Positions 38,323 through 47,816 are shown, counted from the stretch's first letter. The stretch is 64,000 bases of DNA from a virus (IMGVR_UViG_3300046543_000050), one strand, 5' to 3'. The notes: a model not told the origin generated them from the sequence alone. Translations and numbers: made by a program.

Positions 38323-39270
38323 ATGAGGGATCGTACTATGCCTAAAGGTGTCGCAAAATCTGGTCTGCGTATGACGAAGCAACGTCTGGCTGCTTTCGAA
38401 ATGACTAACCCCGAAATCGCGCAAGCGTATCGGACGCAGCAAGCGCAGAAGAACCCTCTGCATCTGGTCCAGACACATGCTGATTCTTTGGCAGAACAGT
38501 TGATCCCGGTTGAGCGTTCGGAAGAAGAAATTGAAGAACGCTTGAATGACTTGTTTGAAGCGATGGACATCATGACGGAAGCTACGGCCCACGGCATGAA
38601 TCGGTCGCTGATCGTGTCGGGTCCGGCTGGCATCGGCAAGACGCATGGCATCGAACGGGTTCTCGCGAATCTCGGTGCTGGCTACCACGTCAAGCAAGTG
38701 TCCGGCTTCATGCGTCTGACGGGTATGTACCGTCTGCTGTATGAGAACCGTCACCCGAACTGCACGATTGTGTTCGATGACTCGGACTCGATCTATGCCG
38801 ACGAAGACAAGCTGAACCTGTTGAAGAACGCCACGGACACGAAGGAAGTTCGCAAGATTTCGTGGGGTGCGGAAACTTCGATGGAGACGGAAGACGGCCA
38901 AGCGATCCCGCGTGAGTTCGTGTTCGAAGGTAACATCATCTTCATCACGAACACGGACATGCAAGCGATGGCAGACCGTGGTGGGCGATCCTCGGAACAC
39001 TTCGAAGCCCTGATCAGCCGATCACACTATCTGTCGGTGTCGATGCCCGAAAAGATCGACTACATCATCCGCATCCGTCAAGTCCTTCGTGGCGGTATGC
39101 TGCGCAAGTTGGGGTTCACGCAAGAACAGGAAGACACGGTAGTCAACTTCATGGAAGACAATGCCGATGACCTTCGAGAACTGTCGCTGCGGATGGTCCT
39201 GAAGTTGGCGGGCCTGTTGAAGATGACTCCGAAGTGGGAACGACTGGCAAGGGCAACATGCATGAAGTAA
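38323..39270 (+). CDS. AAA+ ATPase of T4-like phages
   Basis: GPAGIGKT Walker A, IVFDDSD Walker B, IIFITN sensor, ALISR; promoter TTGACA-17-TAGGAT at 38234-38262. Confidence 0.8.
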   Translation: MRDRTMPKGVAKSGLRMTKQRLAAFEMTNPEIAQAYRTQQAQKNPLHLVQTHADSLAEQLIPVERSEEEIEERLNDLFEAMDIMTEATAHGMNRSLIVSGPAGIGKTHGIERVLANLGAGYHVKQVSGFMRLTGMYRLLYENRHPNCTIVFDDSDSIYADEDKLNLLKNATDTKEVRKISWGAETSMETEDGQAIPREFVFEGNIIFITNTDMQAMADRGGRSSEHFEALISRSHYLSVSMPEKIDYIIRIRQVLRGGMLRKLGFTQEQEDTVVNFMEDNADDLRELSLRMVLKLAGLLKMTPKWERLARATCMK

Positions 39271-39329
39271 TAGACAAGTCCGGGAAATCCTGATAAGATT
39301 CCCGGACTTTCACATTTATGGAGATTGAA

Positions 39330-39581
39330 ATGACCGACCCGAAAACCATCTACGTCCGCGCCATTGATCTTGAAATGCTTGGCATCCAGATCACACACTG
39401 GACCGGCGACAACCCGGAAATTCGCGCAGAGTGCAAACGCAATGCAGAGACGATCCGCGACGCCTTCATCAATCCCCGCAAGGCGGTTGGTCAAGTCGGC
39501 ACCATGCCCGGTACTGACGGCTTCACGATGGCGTGCTTTGAGGCCGACCAAGTTCCGGTCGGTACGACGCTGTTCATCTAA
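39330..39581 (+). CDS. Hypothetical protein
   Basis: GGAG RBS; preceded by a hairpin-promoter at 39271-39309. Confidence 0.6.
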   Translation: MTDPKTIYVRAIDLEMLGIQITHWTGDNPEIRAECKRNAETIRDAFINPRKAVGQVGTMPGTDGFTMACFEADQVPVGTTLFI

Positions 39582-39602
39582 TCCCAAGTCTGGGAAACAA
39601 CG

Positions 39603-39649
39603 AATCCCCAACATTGTTCTTGACAGTGTTGGGGATTTTGCTTTATAAT
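39603..39649 (+). promoter_or_regulatory. Hairpin-embedded sigma70 promoter
   Basis: AATCCCCAACA/TGTTGGGGATT arms, TTGACA in the loop, TATAAT at 39644. Confidence 0.75.
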
Positions 39650-39701
39650 GACGGTTATGTTGATCGTGAAGTAGAAAACTAGAGAGTGTAGAGATAAAAC
39701 A

Positions 39702-40613
39702 ATGTCGTTTACGTCGCAAAACCTGCAACAAATTAAAGCCCTTCTGTCCGAGAAGATCGGTGATCTGGAATTCGAACGTGAAGCGTTCAAGAACCTCATT
39801 GATGATTGGGTGATCTACAAGAAGCCCTTCGTTGTCTCTGGCGAGAAAGGCATCGTTGACCAGATCAACGAAACCATCCGCAACGAGTATAAAGAAGTCG
39901 AGAAGCGGGACAAGAAACTCAAGAAGCTGCGCGAATTGCAGAAGGTCGTCAAGGACGAACTGGTCGAGCAAACCAATGCTGCACGCAAGCCGGTTCATAC
40001 TTGGGAAGATCACGTCTCCAATGAGTTCGCGCCGACCAATCACGAAGGCTACATCAAGCGAGTTCCAATCATCCTCAACGAACCGCATCCGCCGCTGCAA
40101 ACCCTGACTATGACGCACCCGCCGATCACAGGTATACAGTCGGCTACGCTTCCGTACATCACCACGAACACGTCAAACGATACGACTGCGAAGCCGTCGA
40201 ACCCGAAAGACATGATCGGTTCAGGCAAGCTTCCGATTCATCTGTGGCCGAATACGGCGACCGCGATGGGTTGCATCGGATTCCTGAACGGCATGTTGAA
40301 GTATGGTCGTTCGAACTTCCGCGCAATCGGCATCCGTGCATCGATCTACTACGACGCAGCGAAGCGACATCTCGACGCGTGGTTCGAAGGTGAAGAAGTT
40401 GACCCGGATGATGAAGTACCGCACTTGGCCGCTGCATTGGCCTGTATCGCGATCATCGTGGACGCTGACGCCGCTGGTGTACTCAACGATGACCGTGCCT
40501 ACCCCGGTGGCTACCGTGCCCTTGTAGAGCGTCTTACGCCTCTGGTGGGGCATCTCAAATCGCATCACGAAGGTAAGAATCCGCACCATTACACTATTGC
40601 GGACGTGAAGTAA
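39702..40613 (+). CDS. Coiled-coil N-terminus fused to a dATP/dGTP diphosphohydrolase N-terminal-type (DUF5664) domain
   Basis: NPKD.IGSGKLP.HL.P...G..KYG..N.R...Y.DA..RHL..W..GE..DP....HLA.A..C.AI. Confidence 0.75.
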   Translation: MSFTSQNLQQIKALLSEKIGDLEFEREAFKNLIDDWVIYKKPFVVSGEKGIVDQINETIRNEYKEVEKRDKKLKKLRELQKVVKDELVEQTNAARKPVHTWEDHVSNEFAPTNHEGYIKRVPIILNEPHPPLQTLTMTHPPITGIQSATLPYITTNTSNDTTAKPSNPKDMIGSGKLPIHLWPNTATAMGCIGFLNGMLKYGRSNFRAIGIRASIYYDAAKRHLDAWFEGEEVDPDDEVPHLAAALACIAIIVDADAAGVLNDDRAYPGGYRALVERLTPLVGHLKSHHEGKNPHHYTIADVK

Positions 40614-40680
40614 GTCTGATAGAATTCCCAAGGTTGGTCATTCGGTCAACCTTAACTCTGAGAAATAGTAATACACGAAC

Positions 40681-41337
40681 ATGCAAATTTCCGCCGCAAC
40701 CCTCGCAGTACTCAAGAACTTCGCACAGATCAACACGAACATTCTCGTTCGTGAAGGCAACGAACTTCGCACCATCTCCACGATGAAAGACATCTTCGCA
40801 CTTGCCAAGGTCGAAGAAAACTTCCCGAAAGAGTTCGCCATCTATGACCTGACTTCGCTTCTGGCGCTCCTGACGCTGAACGAAAATCAAGAAGTCGAGT
40901 TCGGCGAAAACTCCCTCAAGATCGTGAAGGACCACGGCGAATTCGAGTACTTCTACGCTGATCCGTCGATCATCGTTGCGCCGCCGAACAAGAGCGTGAC
41001 CGTCGATGAACACTTCGTCTTCAACCTGTCGAAAGAAGACCTCGTGACGATCATCAAGGCTGCTGCCATCGTGTCCGCACCCGCCATCAGCTTCACGTCT
41101 CGCGATGGCAAGGTGACGCTTTCCGTGGGCGATCCGAAGACTCCCGCGTCGAACAGCTACAAGAAGGTCATCGGCGAATCGGAAGAACCCTTCAACGTCC
41201 AGTTGGCAGTTGGCAACCTGAAGGTCATCCCGGACGCATACGAAGTCGTTCTGTCGAAGAAGCGTTTCATCCACTTCCGCAACGAAGAACGCGGCCTGAA
41301 GTACTGGCTTGCTGCTGACCCGGTATCGGTGATCTGA
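40681..41337 (+). CDS. gp45: Sliding clamp gp45
   Basis: T...LKNFA.IN.NI....GN.L.TIS...A.V.E.FP..FAIYDL...L; YWLA. Confidence 0.93.
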   Translation: MQISAATLAVLKNFAQINTNILVREGNELRTISTMKDIFALAKVEENFPKEFAIYDLTSLLALLTLNENQEVEFGENSLKIVKDHGEFEYFYADPSIIVAPPNKSVTVDEHFVFNLSKEDLVTIIKAAAIVSAPAISFTSRDGKVTLSVGDPKTPASNSYKKVIGESEEPFNVQLAVGNLKVIPDAYEVVLSKKRFIHFRNEERGLKYWLAADPVSVI

Positions 41338-41583
41338 TGGTCGCTCTTATCATCGAGAAAGTCGTCGGCGAACTGAAAATCGCCGCCCAATGCATCCGTC
41401 AGTGGTGGGGAATGTAATTGGAACAGTTCCTTGACGGTGCAGCTTGCCGTCTCTTTGAAGGAACCATGAAGTGGTGGCACGGCGACAATGCCGACCGCCC
41501 TACATGGGACTCCATTAGTGAAGAAATGCGCGATGTCTATCGACAATCCGCGCGTGACCGTGAATTCTACGCGAGACGACCCA

Positions 41584-42522
41584 ATGAGCAACACTGAACA
41601 ATTCTTGTGGACTGAGAAATATCGTCCCCAGACCATCGACCAATGCGTCATCCCGCAATACCTCAAGGACACGTTCCAAGAGTACGTCGCCAAAGGTCAA
41701 ATCCCGCACATGATCCTGTCGGGTGGTCCGGGCGTCGGCAAGACCACGGTCGCGAAAGCCCTGTGCAACGAACTGGAATGTGACTTCATCGTCATCAACG
41801 GTTCGTCCGAGAACGGCATCGATGTCCTTCGCACCAAGATCACGGCGTTCGCAACCTCAGTGTCACTGAACGGCAAGCCGAAGGTCGTCATCATTGACGA
41901 AGCCGATGGTCTGAACCCGAACAGCATTCAACCGGCACTGCGTAACTTCCTCGAAGAATACTCGAAGAACTGTCGCTTCATCTTCACTTGCAACTACGCA
42001 AACAAGATCATCAGCCCGCTTCATTCGCGCTGTACGGTCATCGAGTTCAAGCTGACGAAGGAAGACCGTCCGGCGATGGCGTCGCGGTTCCTGAAGCGTC
42101 TGGTTGGCATCCTCGAAGAAGAAGGCATCGAAGCGGACAAGAAGGTCATCGCGCAAGTCCTGACCAAGCACTTCCCGGACTATCGTCGTATCCTCAACGA
42201 ACTGCAACGGTACTCGTCCAAGGGTTCGATTGATGAAGGTATCCTCGCCACGGTGCAGGACTCCGACATCCGCGATCTGATCGCGTCGCTGAAGGCGAAA
42301 GATTTCCGCTCGATGCGTCAGTGGGTCGCGAACAATGCGGACAACGATGTGCAGCGCATCTTCCGTCAAGTGTTCGACGCTTTGATCGACCTTGTGAACG
42401 AAGTGCCACAGATGGTCCTGATCATCGCGGACTACAATTACAAGGCATATTTCGTAGCAGACCAGACGATCAATTCGACGGCTTGCTTTACTGAACTCAT
42501 GGCATCGGTGACATTCAAATGA
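41584..42522 (+). CDS. gp44: Clamp loader large subunit gp44
   Basis: LWTEKYRP, GGPGVGKTT, IIDEAD, LRNF.EE, LHSRC; the ORF-track N-terminal extension is probably not real. Confidence 0.96.
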   Translation: MSNTEQFLWTEKYRPQTIDQCVIPQYLKDTFQEYVAKGQIPHMILSGGPGVGKTTVAKALCNELECDFIVINGSSENGIDVLRTKITAFATSVSLNGKPKVVIIDEADGLNPNSIQPALRNFLEEYSKNCRFIFTCNYANKIISPLHSRCTVIEFKLTKEDRPAMASRFLKRLVGILEEEGIEADKKVIAQVLTKHFPDYRRILNELQRYSSKGSIDEGILATVQDSDIRDLIASLKAKDFRSMRQWVANNADNDVQRIFRQVFDALIDLVNEVPQMVLIIADYNYKAYFVADQTINSTACFTELMASVTFK

Positions 42523-42734
42523 TCAACTGCGTAGTCGAAACCAAGAAGACGTACAAGCTGGACTCGAAGATGGTCGAAGACCTGATTCGCAAAGCCATTG
42601 GCATCACTGAATTCGATTCGACCGTCTACATCGAGTTTCAAATGAGTGGTGGCGATTCGGACGACAGGTACGGCTACAACCCGCACTCGTTTCACGGTGC
42701 AAACGTGACAATCACAACAAAGACCAAATCATGA
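42519..42734 (+). CDS. Hypothetical protein
   Basis: ATGA overlap with the gp44 stop. Confidence 0.55.
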   Translation: MINCVVETKKTYKLDSKMVEDLIRKAIGITEFDSTVYIEFQMSGGDSDDRYGYNPHSFHGANVTITTKTKS

Positions 42735-42952
42735 CAATCACACTCGGTACACTCACCTTCGGCAACATCCTTCTAATTGCCATCATGATCATGGTTGCGA
42801 TCACGTTCGGACGCCTGATCATTGGCCTTGGCATCGCAGCTATCGTAGCATCCCTCGGTGTGGCTGCGTATGGCGTGGCATATGTGGCGGACTTCATCAC
42901 GAAGTCGTTCCGTCGATTCAGCAACAAGAAGCACGCACGCCGCATTCGATGA
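42731..42952 (+). CDS. Small membrane protein
   Basis: Long hydrophobic stretch followed by a basic C-terminus. Confidence 0.55.
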   Translation: MTITLGTLTFGNILLIAIMIMVAITFGRLIIGLGIAAIVASLGVAAYGVAYVADFITKSFRRFSNKKHARRIR

Positions 42953-43103
42953 TCGTCTCGGTAATCATCATCGTAACTGTCGTGACCGCGTTCATCGCTG
43001 GTCCCGGCATATTGCACTAAAACCAAACATGTTCACATTGTACTAAACGCCCAAATGTGGTATAATGTGAACATCACATTTCGAACCACTGAGAACTACC
43101 TGT

Positions 43104-43265
43104 ATGAGCACGAAGAAAACCACGAAGCAACTTAGTCAAGAAGATGAAATTTTCTTCGAACTGGAAGCCGACCTTCCGCCAGATCACTCTGACCTGATGT
43201 TCGAAGGTCGCCGTTTCGAATCCCACGGTGGTAGCCGTGGCTACTTGGACGACGATGGCCGGTAG
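43104..43265 (+). CDS. Small acidic hypothetical protein (53 aa, MSTKKTTKQLSQEDEIFFEL...)
   Basis: Translated by hand; downstream of TATAAT at about 43061. Confidence 0.5.
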   Translation: MSTKKTTKQLSQEDEIFFELEADLPPDHSDLMFEGRRFESHGGSRGYLDDDGR

Positions 43266-43749
43266 AAAGAAAAAAGTAGAACAGGTAGAAGTCGTCTCTC
43301 TCGCTGAACTTCTTGGGATGGAAGCTGATCCAGTCCTCGAACCTGTTGAAGATGTGAAGTCGAAGAAGCTCAGTCCGTTTGACTTCATCGGCGCGATCAC
43401 ATACAGCAAAGAACAACTGATTGTCGATGACGAGACGGAGAAGCAGTATAACCCGTTCATCGTCAACCGTGGTCTGTCAAACTCGATGGATACGGTGATC
43501 TGGGCGAACGAGATGAACAGTCGTCCGCATATCGACAAGAAGGCGCAGTTCGCATTCCTGATGAAATCAATCCCCAAGCGTAAGCGCTACGACAAGTGGG
43601 CGAAGACAGAGGAAATCGAAAATCTCGATCTGGTGATGGATTACTACGGCTTTGGCAGAGACAAAGCAGAAGTGGCACTAAGTATCCTGACATCCGATCA
43701 ACTGAACTACATAAGCAAGAAATGCAATAAAGGCGGCAGTACTGTATGA
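43255..43749 (+). CDS. gp62: Clamp loader small subunit gp62
   Basis: LSPFDFI.AI, Y.PFIVNRGLS...DTV..ANEMN, QF.FL...I.KRKR..KW.K, YYG....KA..AL.IL. Confidence 0.93.
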   Translation: MAGRKKKVEQVEVVSLAELLGMEADPVLEPVEDVKSKKLSPFDFIGAITYSKEQLIVDDETEKQYNPFIVNRGLSNSMDTVIWANEMNSRPHIDKKAQFAFLMKSIPKRKRYDKWAKTEEIENLDLVMDYYGFGRDKAEVALSILTSDQLNYISKKCNKGGSTV

Positions 43750-44180
43750 CCCTGAATCTCGAATTGAATACCAACGGCCATATCGAATACAAGCCATTGG
43801 AAGTGACGCTGACCAAGGAAGATGACTTCCTCAAGATTCGCGAAACTCTGACACGCATCGGCGTCGCCGCGAAGAAAGAACAGAAGCTTTATCAATCCTG
43901 TCACATTCTCCACAAGCAAGGCCGGTATTTCATAGTCAGTTTCAAAGAATTGTTCGCCCTCGATGGCAAAGAGACGGAACTGACGGACAACGATCTGGAA
44001 CGTCGCAACACAATTGCGAAGCTTCTGCAAGATTGGAACCTTCTCCGCGTGGTCGATACGGACATCCTAAATAACCTCGCACCGATGGCACAGATCAAGG
44101 TCATCGCGCACAAAGACAAACACGACTGGTCACTCGAACCGAAGTACTCGATGCAGTCAAACTACAAGAAGGCCGCATGA
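43746..44180 (+). CDS. regA: Translational repressor RegA
   Basis: DDFLKIRETLTRIGVA, LYQSCHILHKQGRYFIVSFKELFALDGK. Confidence 0.96.
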   Translation: MTLNLELNTNGHIEYKPLEVTLTKEDDFLKIRETLTRIGVAAKKEQKLYQSCHILHKQGRYFIVSFKELFALDGKETELTDNDLERRNTIAKLLQDWNLLRVVDTDILNNLAPMAQIKVIAHKDKHDWSLEPKYSMQSNYKKAA

Positions 44181-44452
44181 TAGAAATCGCCGCAGACCAA
44201 ATCAACCGCAATGACACGATCCTTGAACCGACATTCCTGAACGCTCCTGTTGGCCCGCTGACGGCCACGGAAGACGGGAACGAACCCAAGTTCCATGTCG
44301 AGAACCGCAACGGCAACGTGGTCGTTGTAGACGGTCTGGGTAACGTGGTTGCCACGTTGCAGAAGTCGAAGAAGCTGTCCTATGAATCCGGCCTTCAGGC
44401 CAAGTTTCAACAAAAACGACTCGACAAGATCAAGTCGAAGCAATCCAAGTAA
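44177..44452 (+). CDS. Hypothetical protein
   Basis: ATGA overlap with the regA stop. Confidence 0.6.
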   Translation: MIEIAADQINRNDTILEPTFLNAPVGPLTATEDGNEPKFHVENRNGNVVVVDGLGNVVATLQKSKKLSYESGLQAKFQQKRLDKIKSKQSK

Positions 44453-44477
44453 TCTTTTTAGCAAACAAGGTAGATAA

Positions 44478-44840
44478 ATGAGCGACATTCAAGCACAAGA
44501 AGTTCAAGAAGTTCAAGAGCAGATCGTCAACATCCTCAAGCTGACATCGGGCGAAGAAGTCATCTCGGAAATCAAGATCGAGAAGCTTGAAGGCGGACAA
44601 GAAATCGTCCATCTGGTCAACCCGTTCGCCGTGATCCGTCAGTTCGGCGAGAAAGGCGAAGTCAACATCGGCATCGTGCCGCTGGCCGACCTGACTGCGA
44701 ATGGCACGCTGCAAATCAGCACGACGCAAGTGGTCTATACGGGCCAACCGAACGAAAGCTTCCTGAAGCACTACAACGACAAGGTGAATCCGCCGCTGAT
44801 CGATGTGCCTGAGAAGAAGCTGATCGTACCGACCGCCTAA
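44478..44840 (+). CDS. Conserved T4-like Sm-fold-type protein
   Basis: ILKLTSGEEVI...L.NPF.V pattern; AAGGT RBS. Confidence 0.6.
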   Translation: MSDIQAQEVQEVQEQIVNILKLTSGEEVISEIKIEKLEGGQEIVHLVNPFAVIRQFGEKGEVNIGIVPLADLTANGTLQISTTQVVYTGQPNESFLKHYNDKVNPPLIDVPEKKLIVPTA

Positions 44841-44857
44841 TCGGTCGTATCAAATAA

Positions 44858-44906
44858 ACAAAGCCGGGAACTGTCTCTTGACATTCCCGGCTTTGTCGTT
44901 TATGAT
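44858..44906 (+). promoter_or_regulatory. Hairpin-embedded sigma70 promoter
   Basis: ACAAAGCCGGGAA/TTCCCGGCTTTGT arms, TTGACA in the loop, TATGAT 17 nt downstream. Confidence 0.75.
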
Positions 44907-44933
44907 GTCGATACTTTGTACAGGAGATGACCC

Positions 44934-45230
44934 ATGAAGATGACGCCTGAACAGTACCAATCCCTGAAGGCCGATGTAAACAAGATCGCGGTATCCTGCC
45001 ATCTGTTGCGCCGCCCTGACACATCCATCGCCGTGATGTGGGCCTTGTTTCACGAAGTCAACGCGCAGCGGTCCTATGGCGACGATCACCCGCGATGGGC
45101 GAAGCGTCAGCGGGTTCTCCCCGCGTCCCATGTGGATTCGCAGTCATGGCTCACCGAACTCTACGATTCCGGTCTGAACGACAACCATCTCAAGACGGCC
45201 CTGATGAAGATCGCGAGTGAGTGGGCGTAA
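44934..45230 (+). CDS. Hypothetical early protein
   Basis: AGGAG RBS after the promoter. Confidence 0.7.
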   Translation: MKMTPEQYQSLKADVNKIAVSCHLLRRPDTSIAVMWALFHEVNAQRSYGDDHPRWAKRQRVLPASHVDSQSWLTELYDSGLNDNHLKTALMKIASEWA

Positions 45231-45322
45231 AGTAGAAAAGAACAGGTTTGAAAATAGTTGTTGACGAACCCAAACCTGTTTGATAATATACACACATCGA
45301 CAACAAACACGGAGTTCCAAAC

Positions 45323-45949
45323 ATGCTCAACTACTCGCCGGAATACGAACAAGGTGAACGCTTCATGGTCATCCGTCTGGAAAACGAACGTTCGAGCGAC
45401 TATGCGCACATCGAAGCATACGTGGTTCGCCAAGCTGTCGCATCGCGTGTGAACCCGGACACGAATCGCGAAGAATACAACGATGGCAAGAACGCCATTG
45501 GCTTTCGCAACTGTTCGTGGTCCTCGAACAAGAAGTCCGCGCTGTATGTCGAAGACCTGAAGGTGAAGTCGCAGATCACCAAGCGCAACTTCGGCGATGG
45601 TTCGCCGGTCGCCGCGAACGAACAGAAGCCCTACGGCATCGAGTGCGTGTTCAAGTCTTACAGTGTGGATCGCAACGAAGCCAAGCACATCGCTCGCACG
45701 TTCGACGCGCTGGACAAGAAGATGGACAAGATTGCCGAAGAATTCGGTCGCTGTGGCGACGATCTGGCGCAGTACATCATCCGCGTGGCGAAGTCTCTGG
45801 GGATCAAGCGGTTCCTGACGCCGCCGAAGGCCGGTGTCTACGGTAGCCAAAGTCTCGAAACCGGCGACTATCGCGTCTGGGACGTGACTGACGTGGATTT
45901 CATCGTCAACAACTATCTGCGCGAACTGCAACCTGCCAAGGTCGAATGA
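45323..45949 (+). CDS. Hypothetical early protein
   Basis: GGAG RBS; hairpin promoter at 45241-45289. Confidence 0.7.
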   Translation: MLNYSPEYEQGERFMVIRLENERSSDYAHIEAYVVRQAVASRVNPDTNREEYNDGKNAIGFRNCSWSSNKKSALYVEDLKVKSQITKRNFGDGSPVAANEQKPYGIECVFKSYSVDRNEAKHIARTFDALDKKMDKIAEEFGRCGDDLAQYIIRVAKSLGIKRFLTPPKAGVYGSQSLETGDYRVWDVTDVDFIVNNYLRELQPAKVE

Positions 45950-46007
45950 ACCGAATCATCATAGTCGGGGCTGGAAGTGATCCGGCCCGTCTGGGAGGTT
46001 CGCTGTA

Positions 46008-46220
46008 ATGCGGACAACGCGACATACCTTCACGGTCTACCCGCCGTGCTACAGGGCTGGTGATGGCTACAAACAGGTACATTCGGTCTTTCAGGCTAAG
46101 AAGCTTGCCCTGAAGTGGGGATCAGGTTCGGAAGTGTGGCGATATACTCGCACGTTTGGTCGTAAAGATAATCTGTTCGCTCTGTCAACATCGACCGACT
46201 TTGTGTTTGAAGTGCGGTAA
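46008..46220 (+). CDS. Hypothetical protein
   Basis: GGGAGG RBS. Confidence 0.55.
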   Translation: MRTTRHTFTVYPPCYRAGDGYKQVHSVFQAKKLALKWGSGSEVWRYTRTFGRKDNLFALSTSTDFVFEVR

Positions 46221-46303
46221 AGAAGAAGAAAAGTAGAAAAGTAGTTGACGAGATTCCCAAGTTTGAGATATAATGTCGTTATTGGTTGAGAAGGAGACGC
46301 AGT

Positions 46304-46501
46304 ATGAACATCACCAAGATCACGGTCCTGATCGATACACACGGTCCTGATCATGTGTACCTGCATACGGACATCCCAGAAGAAATCTGGCCGTTCACAG
46401 GGATGCAGACGTTCAAGGCCGAAGTCGTTGCAGGTAGGGGTGAGAAGTTCGCTTCAGAACACTTCCCCGATCTTCCGGTAACAGTAGTTGATATTGGATG
46501 A
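46304..46501 (+). CDS. Hypothetical protein
   Basis: AAGGAG RBS; TTGACG-18-TATAAT promoter at 46245-46274. Confidence 0.65.
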   Translation: MNITKITVLIDTHGPDHVYLHTDIPEEIWPFTGMQTFKAEVVAGRGEKFASEHFPDLPVTVVDIG

Positions 46502-46574
46502 CTAAATAGCCGTGTTACGCAGTTACAGGATTCTGCGAGACGTTGATACCGAACGTCAAATCAACACCTGTAAT

Positions 46575-46659
46575 GCCGGGGTCGCATAGTGGCGATTGCA
46601 CCTGACTTGTAATCAGGCGGAGAAATCCCTCGCAGGTTCGAGTCCTGTCCCCGGCACCA
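46575..46659 (+). tRNA. tRNA-Thr(TGT) with a long variable arm
   Basis: GCCGGGG/CCCCGGC acceptor, CCTGA-CTTGTAA-TCAGG anticodon arm, 14-nt variable region, GGTTCGAGTCC T arm, encoded CCA. Confidence 0.85.
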
Positions 46660-46684
46660 CAAACAACTAGAAGATGTAGAGAAG

Positions 46685-46864
46685 ATGAAAAGCTACATGC
46701 AAGAGTTTCAAAGTCGCGGAGCACTGCGTCTGACGGAGAATCATCTGGGGATCGTTCCTCTGTCCAAGTCGGACTACGAACGTCTCAAGAAGCAATATGA
46801 AGGACAGGAAACTGTCAAAACCGATATGTACGGGAGAATCATCCGTCCGTACACACTCCACTAA
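46685..46864 (+). CDS. Hypothetical 59-aa protein
   Basis: Hand-translated MKSYMQEFQSRGALRL...; GAGAAG RBS. Confidence 0.5.
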   Translation: MKSYMQEFQSRGALRLTENHLGIVPLSKSDYERLKKQYEGQETVKTDMYGRIIRPYTLH

Positions 46865-46875
46865 AGGAAATATAG

Positions 46876-47064
46876 ATGTCACGCCAATCGAAGCAAGCAA
46901 AGAACGCAGCACGCGCCAAGCAACTGAAGTCGGGTGGTCCCGCCAAGACGACGCCGCTGCACGGTAAAGACCCGGCGAAACGCATCTACACGGCCCGTCA
47001 GCGGTCGCTGTCCGAGTTCCAAGAGCGGAACAAGCCGGTTCGCAAGCAAGGCTTCAAGAAGTAA
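46876..47064 (+). CDS. Small highly basic protein
   Basis: AAGGAAA RBS; Lys/Arg-rich. Confidence 0.6.
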   Translation: MSRQSKQAKNAARAKQLKSGGPAKTTPLHGKDPAKRIYTARQRSLSEFQERNKPVRKQGFKK

Positions 47065-47076
47065 AGGAATTTCGCG

Positions 47077-47397
47077 ATGGTAACTGAAACCATGTTCGAA
47101 GCCTTATTCGGAACCCCTGCATATCAACTGGTTCGTTCGGACGCTCCCGAGACTTCTAAAGAAGCCGCGTATGGGGTGGACACAAGTTATCTCGAAGAAC
47201 TGGTTTATGACACGATTAAAGGGTTTGGTCATGATGGTTGCATTAGCGATGAAGTTCGTCGCATCCATCCGACTTTCCCGTACAGTTCCATCACTGCCCG
47301 CTATGCGGCATTGAGTCGAAAGGGACTCATCTCGTTCAAGAGTGAAAAGCGGAAAGGCGAAAGTGGCCGTAGTCAGCGGATCATGGTAGCTAACTGA
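47077..47397 (+). CDS. Winged-HTH-like protein
   Basis: RR.DPETS.EAA-like N-terminal motif (RSDAPETSKEAA), SSITARYAAL..KGLI...R.G.SGR.Q. Confidence 0.6.
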   Translation: MVTETMFEALFGTPAYQLVRSDAPETSKEAAYGVDTSYLEELVYDTIKGFGHDGCISDEVRRIHPTFPYSSITARYAALSRKGLISFKSEKRKGESGRSQRIMVAN

Positions 47398-47403
47398 ATT
47401 AAT

Positions 47404-47493
47404 GGCGGAATGGCAGAGCGGTTTAATGCAGCGGTCTTGAAAACCGCCGACTCCGAAAGGGGTCCGTGGGTTCGAATCCTACTTCCGCCGCCA
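47404..47493 (+). tRNA. tRNA-Ser(TGA)
   Basis: GCGGT-CTTGAAA-ACCGC anticodon arm, long V arm with GAAA loop, GGTTCGAATCC, CCA. Confidence 0.95.
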
Positions 47494-47497
47494 AACA

Positions 47498-47586
47498 TGA
47501 TCGCCGCATGGTGCTTTATGATGATAATGGTTCGCTCACAGGCGTCGCGGACTTCATCTATCGGTTCGATTCCGATGCGATCACCA
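47498..47586 (+). ncRNA. tRNA-like RNA lacking canonical D and anticodon arms
   Basis: TGATCGC/GCGATCA terminal stem, ATCGG-TTCGATT-CCGAT T arm, 3' CCA. Confidence 0.6.
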
Positions 47587-47615
47587 AACATCTAAACTGA
47601 GTAGAGAACTAGAAG

Positions 47616-47816
47616 ATGCGAGTAGAACAAAGCGAAGTTGCATTTCAGCCGGTCACGATTCATCTCGATTCGCAAGACGAAGTGAATGGGTTCGTGGAGA
47701 TGTTGACCGTCGCCTACAACAATTCGTCAAGCGGTTCAGACGCAGAACGCATTGCTGATCAACTGCGCGATCAGATCAACAAGCATGGCTGGCAGTCCAG
47801 TTCGTACAACTGCTGA
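47616..47816 (+). CDS. Hypothetical protein
   Basis: Clean small ORF between RNA genes. Confidence 0.6.
   Translation: MRVEQSEVAFQPVTIHLDSQDEVNGFVEMLTVAYNNSSSGSDAERIADQLRDQINKHGWQSSSYNC

Noticed and set aside
39702-40613. Evidence for a Z-base (2-aminoadenine) genome
   Set aside because: The DUF5664-type domain alone is widespread; no PurZ or HD-family dATPase is visible in this window
41488-41583. N-terminal extensions of gp44 (and similarly gp15, gp16, gp55, gp62, cupin) in the ORF track
   Set aside because: Family homology begins at downstream ATGs; the extensions come from upstream in-frame starts and overlap other small ORFs
47498-47586. Selenocysteine tRNA (GGACTTCA resembles the selC anticodon arm)
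   Set aside because: TTCA is not in a 7-nt loop, there is no 8-bp acceptor stem, and it lies directly before the T arm
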